Shown: positions 51,801 through 64,000 of the stretch, piece by piece | How positions within the stretch are numbered: position 1 is the stretch's first letter | Layout of the letters: the number at the start of each line of letters is the position of its first letter | DNA from: Octopus vulgaris | Lineage: Eukaryota | Direction of reading: 5' to 3' | NCBI GenBank assembly: GCA_951406725.2 | Contig: OX597834.1 | Location: 34,348,001-34,412,000, forward strand | Length of the DNA: 64,000 nt | The notes under the pieces: model-generated | The model's database searches: none | What the model saw: the letters and a program-made list of their open reading frames with translations, nothing else | What the model was told of the DNA's origin: nothing | Position numbers and translations under genes: made by a program

Positions 51801-54800
51801 ATGTGTGTGATTAAGCAAGTATATAAATATGTGTAATGGAGTGAGTATGTGTGTAAATGGATGCAGACATGGTAGAACATTTGAGAAATTCATTTTCTAA
51901 TCATGGGGAGCCAGGTTCAATCCCATCATGTGGCATTTGGAGCAAGTATCTTTTCTCATAGCCTCAGGTCATTCCAAGCCTCATGGGAGAAACTGGGAAC
52001 AGTGAAACTATAGAAGCCCATTGGATGGGATGTATGTGTTATATAAAGGCCCAGCTTTGTAACCCACAAGTCTCTGCTGATTGTGCCCCAGAATTACATT
52101 TATGGTACAACTTGAATATGAATACTCAGTCAAAACTGACAGAGATCCATTTACAATTTTTTATGTGTGAGAGGTTGAATATGTATATGGGTGACTGAGT
52201 GAGTGTTTGGGTGAGTGATTGAGTGTGTGTAAAGTATGTGCATGTGTATGATTGAATGAGTACTGGGTGTGAGTAAGTATGTGTGTTTGGGATTAAGCAA
52301 GTGTGTGTATTAGTGAGAATGTGTATGTGAGCTAATAAATGTGTAAGTGAACATGTGAGTGTGTGCTAGTATGTGAGTGAGCAAGTATGGTGTGTGTGTG
52401 TGTATTTGAGAGTGAGAAAGAAAGATAGAGAGAGTGCATGTGTCTGTTTGAATATATTAGAAATGATCATAGCAGTAAAGACCATTACATTGTATCAGTC
52501 CTAAGAATGGAGGTCCATTATAGTAAAAGTGTAAAAGATCAATGAGGAAACACAGAATAATAATAATGGGAGTCAAATACTCTGTCACATGAAAACAATA
52601 CTATAGGTTGTAAGAAAACAATGAAAGTAATAAAGGAATTCTTTACAAACTGTATTTAAATTATTTCATGTATATTTTTTTATAGGATATCAGATTTTCA
52701 CAAACATGTAAGAAGGGTCTGTGTATATACACATAGACAGACAAACAACTTTATGTAAAGGAGCATGCACACATGCACACACACACACACACACACACTA
52801 TCCATAGACACAAGCAACAGTACCTAGCCTTGTCTGGGTTTAATAATTACAATAGAAATGATCACATGAAGTCACTGTATTAAATAAATTGCTTTGAAAA
52901 GGTGTTGACAATCTTCTGCTCATTTACAAATGTTGATCCATTCAAAATTGTTATACCAAAGCAATTCAGAAGATAATTTAAGTTTACTTCATAAAAAAAG
53001 TGTCTGGACTGAACTGATATCCTCCGTGTCCAACTCATTCCCTATCTCTAATCATCTTGCGCAGGACATTGACCTCCTGGAAACTGTTCAGAGATGTGCA
53101 ACCAAGCAAATACCCACCATCTACCATACTATGCCTTGCTTCCCTGGACATAGATACATTGAAGCTCTGACATCTGGCAACTGACTTAGTAAACACCCAC
53201 AAAATTATTAACCACTACACCAACAACCACCTTGAGCACCTTTTGAGCTCCATGTGTCTAAAAAAACATGGGCATGCCTACAAAGTCAGAAAACAGTGCA
53301 GCTCCAATGACTTTTGGAAAAATTTTTTAACACTCAGATTTGTTGAAGCATGTAACAAACTACCTGCATCAGTTGTAAATGTTTGACTGCGTTTTAAATT
53401 TCATTTTCAAAAACACTTCTGCAGTAAAATTTTAATGTATCAAAATTGTATAGAGAGACAGACAGATAGATAATATTAACTTTGCTAAATGTTTCAATGA
53501 AGGGAACCAAGAAGTAGTTTAACTATAAGTATGCTGATCACTATGAAATGGTTATCAAGTAAGCAAAGAAAGCATAGCATAGAAGTTCTTCATAATTGTA
53601 TTACTGATGTTGAATAGCCTCAGATGACTGGAGTTATTCAAAAACAAAACCAACAAATAATGTGAGTAGTAATACACAAAGTTTACTTTATTTGAAATTG
53701 TTCGGATGGTGATAGAATTAAAATACTACTTTCAAAGCTTGCATTGAAACACGTTTGTTCTATAGTTGTGACGCTTGAACAATATCAGAAACACTTGCAG
53801 AAGAGATAAACTCTAGCCATTTCTCTCTTTTATGATTTGCAATTGGAGTTCATTTCCCACAAAGAATAAATAATAAATGGTTAATTGCAAGAGCACAGAC
53901 TTTGTCAGCTGATAGCATTTTTTGATTAATTCTGATTGGATATGCTTTGAGACCTAATATACCAGTAATCACTCTTTTGAATCACAAAAATTAAGCTATA
54001 GGGCCTTATTATGTTGGGAAAGCTTTACAAAAGATGCACATTTCACAAGTTAATGAGGAGCTAATCGGAAACAATATTAGATTTATTGAAACAGTTTAAA
54101 TTGCTAAGGATGGGGACCAATGGTGACAGCACAGTGGCCAGGGTTGAGTACACATTTCTTATGGAGACAATCACTTACAGAAATGATAGGAGATGTTAAA
54201 GAACAACAATAAAATGTAAACTTTTCCAAATCAAAAGGTTGGTTGATCTGTTTTCTGTAGTATTAAGAAAATGAAAGAAGTATTTCCCCTTGAAGATGAT
54301 GCTAGCCTATCACAGGTAATCATTGTCATGGAAAGAACTGAGCAACAAACTTTGGAAGCCAAATATTATCAATATTATCAATGCTGTGGTATGTTTACAT
54401 TGGTGTTATAGCTCCATAATACCTACTTAGATCTCGAAAGATTTCTATATAGGGGCATTGCAATACCAGTTATAATAACCCTCTAGTCTTCTGTGACTTC
54501 TAACAACTATCAAATCTAGTTAACAACAACTAATATAGATATAAATGTACATTTCACCACTTCATGTGAACATTGTGTTGTAATTAATAAACATCTAATG
54601 TTTATTAGCCACAACTAATAAACATTAAAACAGTATTCAATTATTCCTTTCTCCTTTTTTGAGAATGGGGAGGCTTTGTATAAAAGAGAGCTTTTATGCA
54701 CACATACATACTGTGTACATAAGTGAGAGAGAGAGAGCATGAGATTGTGGATTGCATGTATGTGAACAAATATTTTTTAAATGTTAAAAGCATATGTGTG

Positions 54801-56581
54801 TGTAAAAATACAAAATATATATATATATGAATATGTGACTGAAAGTGTGTGAATGTGTTTGTGTGTGCATGAACAAGTGTGTATAGCGTTTATAATGATA
54901 CACATAAACAGAGATAACAGTGAATCATTTATCTGTATATGAAGATTACCACAAACATTTCAACTGTAAATATATTGTAAAATAGGAATAGTTTACCTCA
55001 ATAAAGGATTTAATTTCACCTAAAACTAAATTCCATTCCATCTGATCATCTGGTTCATATGTGGTGGTATAGTCATCAATTTGTTTGGCTAATTCCTGAA
55101 ATAAAAGAATGAATGGAACAGAAACTTTTTTTTTTTGAAAAAATCCACAAGACATTTCAAGTTTCTATTATTTGAAGTACATTTCAATTGCGGTAAAACG
55201 GATTGTCTTGAAAATTGGTTTTTTGTGTTCTGTATTAACTCCAATCATCTTGGCTCAATATCACTGTAGTTGAAATTTTTTTTAGTGTATGTTATACAGT
55301 ATAGTGTTCATGACCTATGCAGGCCACACTGCCATACTTGTGAGATTGATGAATGTGGCTGATACCTAGCCTGAACATCCTATAAGTAAATGAGAGAAAG
55401 AGAGAGAGAGAGAGGTGGGGGCTAGCAGAGATGAGTCAGAACAGTCTAGTTTGAATGCTTGCAACAGAGTAAACTTTGCCAGAAGCATGCAAAGTCTGTT
55501 TGACGGGGTTTTGAACCAGGTGGCTAGTTAAGCTCACTGCCCAGTTAGGCCAACATTTAATCTTATCAGTTATCTGGCTCATCTATCTTGACTTTTATTT
55601 CATTTTTTTTTTTAATTTTAAAAATTTATTTTCTTTAATTTCTAAAACTCATTTTTCTTATCTCTTGTTATTTCATATTTTGGTGGAGATATATTTCATC
55701 TGATGCAATATTGATCCCCAAATCTTCAGATACTCTAGCACTGACTACTTTCATTAACCACTAGCCAATAAGGGTTACTTGAAATAGCAACCAAATCTCT
55801 TTCAAATCATGCACCACCATCTTTAAAAAGAAGAAGGATACATTAGATAATGTAGTCCTAGATACCACAAAAACAGGGACATTTATTTAAACCAAGCATT
55901 CTTAACATGCCCGGAATAGAACATTATCAGGCATGTAAGGAACAGTACAGTATCTTTCATTGATTATCACAGAGAGAAAAATCTGGTGTTACAAGATCAA
56001 GTTTATTAATTTTACTAAATTAATTGAACTAAAACATTGTAAAAAAACTTTTAGACAGGTTGTGACACTAATTGGTACTGTTTTTAAAATTATTTTAAAT
56101 GGATGAAAAGTACTGGACATGAAAGGAGGCAATAAGATGACAGGAGATAAAAAAAGATCAAAAATACATTAAGAAATAGTTAGGTCAGACTCATGAGTAC
56201 CAAGCTTTAGAAAAGCGAACACTGGATTAAACATGAAAAGAAGCTGTTTATCAGATGAGTCCAAATAGAGAGAATTGGATATTCAAATAATGTTGATGGT
56301 GCTTTTAATAGTAACCTGCAAACAAATACTACAAATGATATTTTTATTATGGTAGGATTGGGAAGGGAAGGACTGGTGAAAGGTTTATGAACCCAGAGTT
56401 GCAAATTCTTCACTTATTTCCCATTTAGTTTTACCATCACTGGTATACATAGGAACATAGCAACAATATAGCATTCTTACTTACTCTCACAAGATCTCGT
56501 ACCAGCTTCATCTTCTTCAATAATAAACACACCACAATGAACCGTGCATAGTATCGGAGTTTCTTCACCATTAAATCTGGC
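33859..56581 (-). CDS. SCAI: Protein SCAI homologue, 5'-partial multi-exon CDS (11 exons in window)
   Basis: Manual splicing of 11 GT-AG exons gives 1333 nt in one frame. It contains SCAI-family motifs KKLRYYARFIVVCLLL, VKFSELTLDMFRMLQ, NPHKYLLYKPTFSQL, CLHPGDLYPYTRKPLF and QFFGDDFLRLLL. All exon phases are compatible. N-terminal exons were not found in 56.6-64 kb. Confidence 0.96.
34879..34979 (-). CDS. SCAI: SCAI exon: (D)HSFMQFFGDDFLRLLLLRFVFCYIVLILHRGFK
   Basis: tttag| and |gtagat, 101 nt. Confidence 0.94.
36260..36433 (-). CDS. SCAI: SCAI exon: (D)QHLKGNLFTLFLHCPLMAF...FTRSRKL
   Basis: tacag| and |gtaatc, 174 nt. GxLFTLFLxxPLMAF motif. Confidence 0.94.
37585..37657 (-). CDS. SCAI: SCAI exon: CFPNLFGQPLVCLLSPEQLPSTMQ
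   Basis: ttcag| and |gttagt, 73 nt. NLFGQPLVCLLSP motif. Confidence 0.94.
38281..38621. repeat. Minisatellite, 11 x 31 bp (consensus TAATGTTCCAGATATAAGGCAAATGGYATAG)
   Basis: Units start exactly every 31 nt from 38281 to 38591, with no indels and no spacers. Confidence 0.95.
39084..39204. repeat. 53-bp-arm inverted repeat with a 15-nt loop
   Basis: 39084-39136 versus the reverse complement of 39152-39204. Confidence 0.9.
39215..40036 (+). mobile_element. 5'-truncated R4/Dong-like non-LTR retrotransposon (RLE-type) with (AAT)n tail
   Basis: ETEALICAAQEQALRT; CCHC finger (CRI*G..ETAWHITSQC); RxDNIARRVHW; KILWDF; ADIVLID..IIDIA (restriction-like endonuclease); VPIIVGALG; tail at ~40019-40036. 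Confidence 0.9.
40290..40371 (-). CDS. SCAI: SCAI exon: LHPGDLYPYTRKPLFLICDSDNSSAFQ
   Basis: ttcag| and |gtatgt, 82 nt. Confidence 0.95.
42123..42219 (-). CDS. SCAI: SCAI exon: (A)AYDLGGVVTNSRREGDILNKNKRPGSLKEMH(C)
   Basis: tgcag| and |gtgagg, 97 nt. YDxGGVxTNS and KEMHC motifs. Confidence 0.93.
42874..43054 (-). CDS. SCAI: SCAI exon: ENGDRSIRRDNPHKYLLYKPTFSQ...SKHTDD
   Basis: cttccaag| and |gtaagt, 181 nt, ends in phase 1. Confidence 0.94.
43371..43586 (-). mobile_element. SINE family A
   Basis: Near-complete reverse-complement copy of the core. Confidence 0.8.
45470..45850 (-). mobile_element. Possible Gypsy gag remnant
   Basis: CILAEDATFNDLIDLADQL resembles a gag C-terminal helix; the similarity is weak. 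Confidence 0.25.
46424..46546 (-). CDS. SCAI: SCAI exon: VKFSELTLDMFRMLQTLEREP...GRQPF
   Basis: ttcag| and |gtgagc, 123 nt. Confidence 0.95.
47007..47820 (-). mobile_element. Mariner (D,D34D) transposase remnant with one TIR
   Basis: WVPHRL, TGDEKW, FHQDNA and PPYSPDIAPSDFHLF motifs. TA + TTTGGTCATCCCATAAATAATG terminus at 47005-47028. Frameshifts. Confidence 0.93.
47905..48125 (-). mobile_element. RTE/RTE-X LINE C-terminal remnant
   Basis: KLCIEIVQFFSSEAWTIT (cf. ACVESVLLYGSEAWTLT). Shares GGAGTTCATTT..CACAAAGA with the 53.7-54.1 kb copy. Confidence 0.55.
48130..48470 (+). mobile_element. RTE/RTE-X LINE reverse-transcriptase core remnant
   Basis: In order: NMGFR, FVCFSKA (cf. FIDFSKAFD) and DVLQGDIQATYLFLVVLDYIM (cf. 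GVLQGDTLAPYLFIIVLDYVMR). Confidence 0.6.
49255..49407 (-). CDS. SCAI: SCAI exon: ADNIISVVDV...LQEILIVGNCNEQ
   Basis: tgcag| and |gtaagt, 153 nt. IVGNCNEQ motif. Confidence 0.93.
50170..50860 (+). mobile_element. Two SINE family B copies
   Basis: GGTGTAGCTGT..CCCAGCCACATGG..CTTGGACAAGTGTCTTCT at ~50170, and GGTGTGG..CCCAACTACGTGGTTCTGGGTTCAGTC..CTTGGGCAAG at ~50657. Confidence 0.8.
51468..51538 (-). pseudogene. Decayed tRNA-like sequence or SINE head
   Basis: A-box-like TGGTTGAGTTGG and B-box-like AGTTCAAATCC at tRNA spacing; the cloverleaf is not intact. Confidence 0.35.
53020..53385 (+). mobile_element. CR1-clade LINE 3' remnant
   Basis: DIDLLETVQRCATK, DLVNTHKII, GHAYK and RFVEACNKLPASVV (cf. 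LERVQRRATK ... WNxLP). Confidence 0.8.
53700..54130 (+). mobile_element. RTE/RTE-X LINE C-terminal remnant
   Basis: FKACIETRLFYSCDA*TISETL. Confidence 0.6.
54997..55095 (-). CDS. SCAI: SCAI exon: ELAKQIDDYTTTYEPDDQMEWNLVLGEIKSFIE
   Basis: ttcag| and |gtaaac, 99 nt, phase 0-0. DQxEWNLVL motif. Confidence 0.95.
56485..56581 (-). CDS. SCAI: SCAI exon: (R)PDLMVKKLRYYARFIVVCLLLKKMKLVRDLVR
   Basis: tttag| acceptor, |gtaagt donor, 97 nt. Matches the conserved RPELVVKKLRYYARF motif. Confidence 0.95.
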
Positions 56582-56823
56582 CTAAACAGTAAGACAAACA
56601 GGCAGAGGATATTTTATTGGGGAAAAAATATATTAAATTAAAAACAATTGTGTAATTGAGGTTGAGACAGATGTGTATAGACATATAAGATTAAACACAT
56701 ACACATGTATATACATACACACATATGCATATATATTATATACACACATAGATACATAAATACACAAACTTCAGATGATACGTACATTACATTCCTGGAC
56801 ATAATATATACATATATGTGATG

Positions 56824-56860
<37 letters not shown>

Positions 56861-57339
56861 TAAGATAGGAGAGAGACATATACACTACAGAAATACTTAC
56901 ATAACAATTCTAGACCCATTCAATTTCCACACACATATACTCATATATTCATGAATGTTATATATAAATATATGCAGATACAGATTTTGATGTACATAAA
57001 AAAGAAATATACATAAACACAGGGATGCAAAATGACCATATAGCTATTAAATTACACTAAAGTGCAACTTAAAAGATTCATAAAAAAACTTTTATTTAAA
57101 GTTTAAATCTGCCTAAAATTTAGCCATATCTTTGATTATTTTGCCATAAGCATGAAAAAATCAACAAGGCTTAATTAACTCTAGTTAAAAGAAGCTTTAC
57201 AATACATATTCACTTTGAAAATATGACATGAGAAAATGCAAAGTTTTCAAGAAGCTATTTCTAACAGTCAAATTGCTAAATAGAAGTTTATACAATTCCA
57301 TGTACTAATGACGCAAAGCTTTTGTAATTTGAGGTACAG

Positions 57340-57600
57340 CAGAACTCTGTCATATTTGAGCCTTTCATCAAGAACAGAGTCTGCTCTGGATGCCTTTGCA
57401 ATAGCTGTTTCTACTTCAGAGAGATTTCTGCAAGCAACTGTTCATTTATTGCATGTTGTTGTAGATGTTCAAAGACTACTTCATCAAATGTTGAAAGATG
57501 ATTTAAAACATTGTTAAAATGTTCAGTCCATCATTTCAACAAAACAGATAGGGCAATTAGAAAGTTTCCATCTTTGTTGTCTTTGCAAAATCTCTAAGAT
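57340..57600 (-). mobile_element. RTE LINE ORF2 remnant (endonuclease-RT linker)
   Basis: KDGNFLI..LLK*WTEHFNNVLNHLSTFDE..SEVETAIAKASRADS..E.LKY. Confidence 0.75.
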
Positions 57601-59312
57601 TAAGTGATAGGACATGATACCCAATACAGAAACCCTATCACAATGTAAAATCAGTGATAGGCAGGCATTACTAATGAAACATCTACTTCATCGATATAGT
57701 CAGGTAACATAGATGAGAAATGATTGCATTCTCAAATCAGTCTTTTACAACCAGCTTGCTAGAAGTGTTGTACATGAGCACCACTGAAGTTTATATAAAA
57801 AATTTCTAAAGTGAAATCTGATGATGTGTCATATAAGCAAAGTAATGACTTTCTTCAAAGATTTAACAGACGATCATTGTAATTGGAGAATTCTCTGCAT
57901 GAAAGCCACTAAACACTTCAAGTAGATTTCATATTGAAGCCCTTATTGAGAAAAGGAGGAATGAAAGATACTGAAAGAGATCCAAAATAATTACAATGCC
58001 CTGTAACTTTTTACTCCTTGATAGCTTCTATAGACTTGATAGCCTTGTCTTGCTCTCATTATTTCTTTATATCAATGTCTACTACAGTCCAATCCATGCC
58101 AACATAAAAAGTCAATGTAAAATGATGATGATACCATTACTTTGCTATGTCTTACTGTTCTTATTTCAATATGTCTCAGTAACATTATTTCTATATATAT
58201 GCCTTACTATTATTATTTCTATATGTCTCACAGCCACAATTTCTACATGTCTCACTCCTGTTCACTGACAGCAAATCAATTAATTGTTCCTAAAAGATAA
58301 ACATGAAAAACTGCACTACAAATACAAAATGTTGTAGTGTTTCTCTTACAACATGAATTACAAGCTGCATCCAGTTATTGAGTCTAATTGTTAATCAATA
58401 AAATTTATCAACCAATAATTAGCTATTATAATTTACCTGACAACTAGTCCTATCAATGAAGCAATGTTGTTAAATAGTATCACACAGCATATAACAATAA
58501 TAATGTTTAAATAGCAGAACAAAGTAACATGTTTCACACTGAAATTAATATTATGATTATCAGCAACAACAAGCTTTAAATAATGTAGTTAATTAATTAT
58601 TGATACAACATGATAAAGGTATTTTTATAGAGAATTGATTAGAAAACAATATTTCATTAAAAAATATGGTCATTGATTTTGCAATAAAAGCTGTATGAGA
58701 ATCTTAAACACATTATAATGTTCAACTAGAATAGACTAAGCTAGCTCCTATTCAGTATATACAAACTATATTCTATTTTCTTTGATATTATTGCTATTGA
58801 TAATGCCTTTCATTACAAGTTAAAATAAGAGTATTAATCAGTTATGCAATTGGAAATGGATCAGGTCAACTAATTATTGTTTGTGGTTTATCTGGACAAA
58901 CATGCACATGTCTTATAACATAAAATATACTATTGCTGTTATTGTTATTTAGTCCCTTGGTCAAACCTGATTGAATAGGCCTATCATCAAAAACATTCCT
59001 ATCTTAACCACCTTGTTTTCACTCAGCCGCAGTGTATATAAAACTACATTATCCAATATATCTTTCCTTTTTATTAACACAGTAGGGTGTAATTTGAGAA
59101 GAGGGTCTGATTGCTTTTTCAAATATGTTGAGCAATTATGTAAAAGCTTCCCCATTGAGTGCGTGGGTGGGGGGGAATAGTACCATTTAGCTTGGTACTT
59201 CACTGTTCTGATTTCAAATTCTAACCGCACTGACCTATAACTTTTAAACTTAAGGATATCATAAGCACCAGTAACATACTTACAGTGATGCTTTCGAGTT
59301 TACTTTTCTGCC

Positions 59313-59539
59313 TTAACCGTTAGCATTCATATTACTCTGTCAAATGTAATGTTTATTTATTTACACTGTTTTGGATTAATCATGTTTAATCTTGTAGCTT
59401 TGGGATTTCGATGATATGATGTTATATTTTTATAATGACATTGTTGGATGAGTATGAGGGGCTGGATTTGGTTGGTTTGAACATAAAACAAGTAGAATAT
59501 TTAGGCTGGATATTGCTGGTTTAGATGCTAAAGGGTTAA
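59313..59539. mobile_element. TTAA-flanked piggyBac-like MITE
   Basis: TTAA-CCGTTAGCAT ... ATGCTAAAGGG-TTAA: TTAA at both ends with an imperfect TIR. Confidence 0.65.
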
Positions 59540-61289
59540 AAGGAAAGCAAAATAGAATTTATACTTGGTTAAAAGATGCAAATACATAAAGAGCTATTTT
59601 ATTTTCAATTCACCTAACTGAGTGTATAGAAAGGTATAAAAAGACCACCATAGATCACTAAATTAGAAAGTGGTGGTATACAACACTCAGCACCTGAGGA
59701 CTTTGAGTATTATGTACATATGATGATGAATGTTGATATATGAGATAGTATGGCTAGAATTAACACTGGTGAAATGGAGCAACTTGTCATAGAAATATAT
59801 TCTTACAGTTTAGGTAAATCTTCAAGCTGTGAAATTAAACCTAAAACCTTGTCATTGTAAAGCAAACATCTTAACCACAAAGCCATGCCTGTTCCCTTAA
59901 ACAACATGCAATGATATATCTCAACAGTCAAGGCAATAGTATTATATAATTATTTGATATATTGGCAAAATATTAGCAAAACAGGTAGACACATTTAGAT
60001 TCATTCATACTTTTCTGTGTTTATGTGGTGAATTGTGGAGTTGGCAGTAGTGTTTTAATGATACTGATGGCATTGACAACATAACCATAGGTCCAGTTAA
60101 TCAGTTGAATATTAAGTTTTATCAAAACTCAAAAACAGTTCTTGATTTGTGTATTTGTGCATATGTCTACTATCTATCTCTCACACACGTACATACCACA
60201 TACATACAAAAGATTTATAAATACACACACACACACACATATATATATATGCACACAACACTTATATATATACATTTACACATAAACACACACAACCATA
60301 AAACCCATTTGTATTTATGCGTAAATATATACATATGCACACAATGATTATAATACTTACATATTGTATATATGTATACATTGTGTATGTGTATGCATAC
60401 ATAAATACACACAATATTTATAATCACATCACATAAATACTATATATATATATATATATATATATATTTTATGTGCAAATATAAATAGCGTGTGTGTAAG
60501 GGGAGGGGTGAATATTCAAGTCTATGCACATGTGTATAAACACAAATGCACACATTCAGAGCAAAGCAACCTTATGCAAAGCTTGACATTAAGACAAAGA
60601 CAACAATGAAAAAAGTCACAACACAAACAACATATACAACAATTACTAGTAAAATAGATATATCTATTTTACTAACTTCAAGTGAGTAGAATTGTCAGTG
60701 GTGGAACAATGGTAATAGCCATAAAGATATATGCTGAGAGAAATTAATGGATGGGACAGGGATAGAACTTCTATCTATGTGTGTACATAAGTATGAGTGA
60801 ATTTCAAGTATATGTAAACAAATATGTTATATTCTTTTGTAGTCAGATAAAGAAAATGTAAGATGTAACTGTGTAAGGATTACTAGTTTGAATAGCATCA
60901 CCAGTGCTATGACGTTTCAGTCCAAGCACTGTTACCATTGTAGCTGATAATGTGGTCATCTGAAACATGAAGATTTGCTCCATGTGAGAGCTTGTTCTCT
61001 TTATGAGACAGCTATGAAAGCTCCTATATTGTACCTTGAACTATTAGAAATGCAGCCAAATTTCCCTCAAATCAGCACATGATTTTCTAAAATGATGAAT
61101 ATATTATGTGTCCCTAAATGTACTTTTCATTAAAAAAAATAAAAAGAACTCAGCTGGGACAGCTTTGATCATGAGTCTGCTCAATTAAAGCTGACTTGGA
61201 GTTAAATAACAACAGGAGCAATGTATCACAAACAAATCTTTCATTAGCTTACAGAGCTGAGTTTAAGTCCTCGTATATACATAACGTAG

Positions 61290-61510
61290 TTCTGGCCTCC
61301 AACCAGTTCTATCATCATTAAACAGAGCTCTGACCTTTGAGTAGATGTCTCATCACTATAAGCAGCACAGTTTTGACCTCTGATCAGATTTATCATTGCT
61401 GCAAGTTGTACAGCTGTAGCCTCCAACTAGGTCTATCATCAGTACTTATAGCAAAGTTCTGAACCCAGCATATAGCTGGCTTCCTAGTAGATCTATCATC
61501 ACTACACTAA
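61290..61510. repeat. Degenerate ~40-45 bp tandem repeat
   Basis: Recurring AG(T/C)TCTG(G/A)CCT....AG.TCTATCATCA unit, about 5 copies. Confidence 0.6.
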
Positions 61511-62649
61511 TGTTCTGTATCTGATGTTAATAACTATACTTTATTTATTGCTATAGTTTGCAGTGGGATGGATAATGTTGTTGGATTCTATACTTAGTCC
61601 TTGGGTACCTTTAGAGTATTATTGCAAGTATTTGGACTCAATTCCCTCTTGAGCCACATTTTTCTTACAAATGCTTTCCTCAGTCTAGGGAAGAGGAATG
61701 AAAAGATCATAGGCACTGCCTGTCTCTCTTAACTTACATAAACAAAATAGAGTTCACTTTCTACAATAAGTGTAGTGGTCTGACCTCTGAAACCATGAAA
61801 TATTTAATTTTATTTATATCATAACCACAGACTTCCCTACAGATGTGTATGACTCCTGAGACAAGACATTCAACTAATGTATGACTTCCAGGCTCTCTAT
61901 TCCACAGTACATATATGAGCTGGACTTATCCAAGGAGATGGATACTTCCATAAAGTATGGTTCTTCACAGAACTTAGACATCTCTGTTCTTAACAATGAA
62001 ATGGTAGAATATGGCAGAAGCTTGTATGAATAAACATATAAACAAAGAAGCCTCTATTTAGTCACTCCATTTGGTAGAAGAAATAGCTGCTAAATTCCAT
62101 GAAAGTACATCCTACAATCTTCCAGAAAGAAAAAATAAATTGGATAATGTGATCCTAAACTTTATGGTTATAGTTGGAATGCCTTTGATCATAGAGTACT
62201 GAATCAAGACTGACTTGGGTCTACATATCAACAACATATATACATACATGTATACAGAAACATAAGGACATTGATGACAAGCTGGCAAATATACAGATAC
62301 AACAGAGAAATAGAATTTCACATCAAATTTAGTAGTTGTACTTTAGAACCAAAGTATGACAATTTTTTTACAACATTCAAATAACTGGTTTCATCTGAAC
62401 AAACATTTATTTCACTTTGATGTTACTTTTATAACATTTGAACGTGTAAAATATTTTACAATATTCTAAAATTTGTCTTAATAAGAAGTTTAGCATTCTC
62501 ATTTCTTATGTCTGAAAATTTGCTTTTCCTACTTGAATTTGACATTAAAATTCGTCAACATGAAAATTTCCCCTTCAAAAAAATCCAAGCAAATTACTTG
62601 TACATACAGATGAAAAAGCTTGTGTATAAAGTATATATACATATATATA

Positions 62650-62695
62650 GGAAGATGTGTGTTTCAAGCTATCTACTAACTGAACCACACATCCA

Positions 62696-62739
<44 letters not shown>

Positions 62740-62772
62740 AATCTATCTATATCAATCTATCTATCTATCTAT

Positions 62773-62816
<44 letters not shown>

Positions 62817-62863
62817 AAGATGTGTTTCAAGCTATCTACTAATTGAACTACACATCTATATCT
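62650..62863. repeat. ~50-bp direct duplication separated by (ATCT)n/(AT)n
   Basis: GGAAGATGTG(TG)TTTCAAGCTATCTACTAA.TGAAC.ACACATC.ATATCT at 62650 and 62815. Confidence 0.85.
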
Positions 62864-62879
62864 ATATGTGTATATATAT

Positions 62880-62932
<53 letters not shown>

Positions 62933-62950
62933 AGTGTGTGTGTGCGTGCA

Positions 62951-63005
<55 letters not shown>

Positions 63006-63067
63006 ACATATAAATACATATATACATATATATACACACACATATATATAGATACATATATATATAT

Positions 63068-63121
<54 letters not shown>

Positions 63122-63293
63122 GAAAGATGAATAATAGATTAATCAAAAGTTAACCGATATATATAGCAGTAAACACACAGGTACAACCATATATAGATAC
63201 ATTATTGGTGAATTGAAGAAATGGGAACGCAGATTGAACAGAAATATATATAAACGCCAATGGGGGCATATATACACGTGTAGAATATAAAAC

Positions 63294-63331
<38 letters not shown>

Positions 63332-63635
63332 GAATGCATTGTTAATTGAAGAACTAATAAAAGGGAAATGAGATAAACTATTGTTTAGTTAACAGAAGAA
63401 TATAAGAAGTAGAAACAGAGTGAGTTTAAATTATAATGCACAAGATTGTTCTTCCTATTGGAATACAGAAATCATTCAAAGAAACAGAATGGTTAAAAAA
63501 TGTTTCTAAAAAAAGAAAAAACTGAAAAGAAACTGAAGACAGAATAGTAGTATGTGTATGAGTGTGTATATGTGTATGCGTGTGTATGTATGTACATATA
63601 TATATACATATATATATACACATATTATATACACC

Positions 63636-63667
<32 letters not shown>

Positions 63668-63808
63668 TATACATACATATATACATACATATAAATATAT
63701 ATATACACACATATATATACACACATATATATATATACACATATATATACATATACATATATATACATATACATATATATACATATACATATATATATAC
63801 ATATATAC

Positions 63809-63850
<42 letters not shown>
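62864..63850. repeat. Compound (TG)n/(TA)n/(CATATA)n microsatellite field
   Basis: Read directly; this is the source of the many YIYI/THTH ORFs. Confidence 0.95.
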
Positions 63851-63853
<3 letters not shown>

Positions 63854-64000
63854 ATATGTAATGTTTTAAAAAAATGATATGGTCTAATTTGTTGTATGAT
63901 GTGATGAAGCAAAGTGTTATTTGATGTCATATCAGAGAAGTATAAAGAGAGAAGATGTCATAAGACAAAGAAAAAGAAAGAAAGAATTGCAAAGATTGAA

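Noticed and set aside
55561-55571. TCTTATCAGTT match to U2 snRNA
   Set aside because: Only 11 nt with no flanking similarity.
56201-56315. Possible poison exon in an SCAI intron (tttgcag| acceptor, early TGA)
   Set aside because: The donor (GTACTC) is weak, and the site cannot be told from a cryptic one without RNA data.
62508-63930. ORFs rich in YI/TH/CV (also at 2.8-3.1, 31.7-32.1 and 32.7-33.0 kb)
   Set aside because: They are translations of dinucleotide and tetranucleotide microsatellites.

Overview
Eukaryotic, AT-rich and microsatellite-dense genomic DNA. The SINE families and repeat content point to an octopus or other coleoid cephalopod (inference). The one well-supported gene is the 3' part of an SCAI (suppressor of cancer cell invasion) orthologue on the minus strand: 11 GT-AG exons from 56581 to the stop at 33859, in continuous frame (443 aa plus one split codon). 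Its 5' exons are not in this window. The rest is introns and intergenic DNA with decayed transposons: Gypsy integrase, Tigger/pogo, mariner, R4/Dong, RTE, CR1, Penelope-like remnants, MITEs and SINEs. A CpG-retaining, promoter-like region at about 1.5-3.7 kb may start an unidentified plus-strand transcript convergent with SCAI. The most unusual signals are decayed hammerhead-ribozyme-like motifs at five sites (two of them as inverted hairpins), a ~300 bp-arm foldback, and an inverted LINE remnant with twin-priming geometry. No CRISPR or prokaryotic system is present, and most listed ORFs are microsatellite artefacts. TE and SINE boundaries are approximate and were read by eye.
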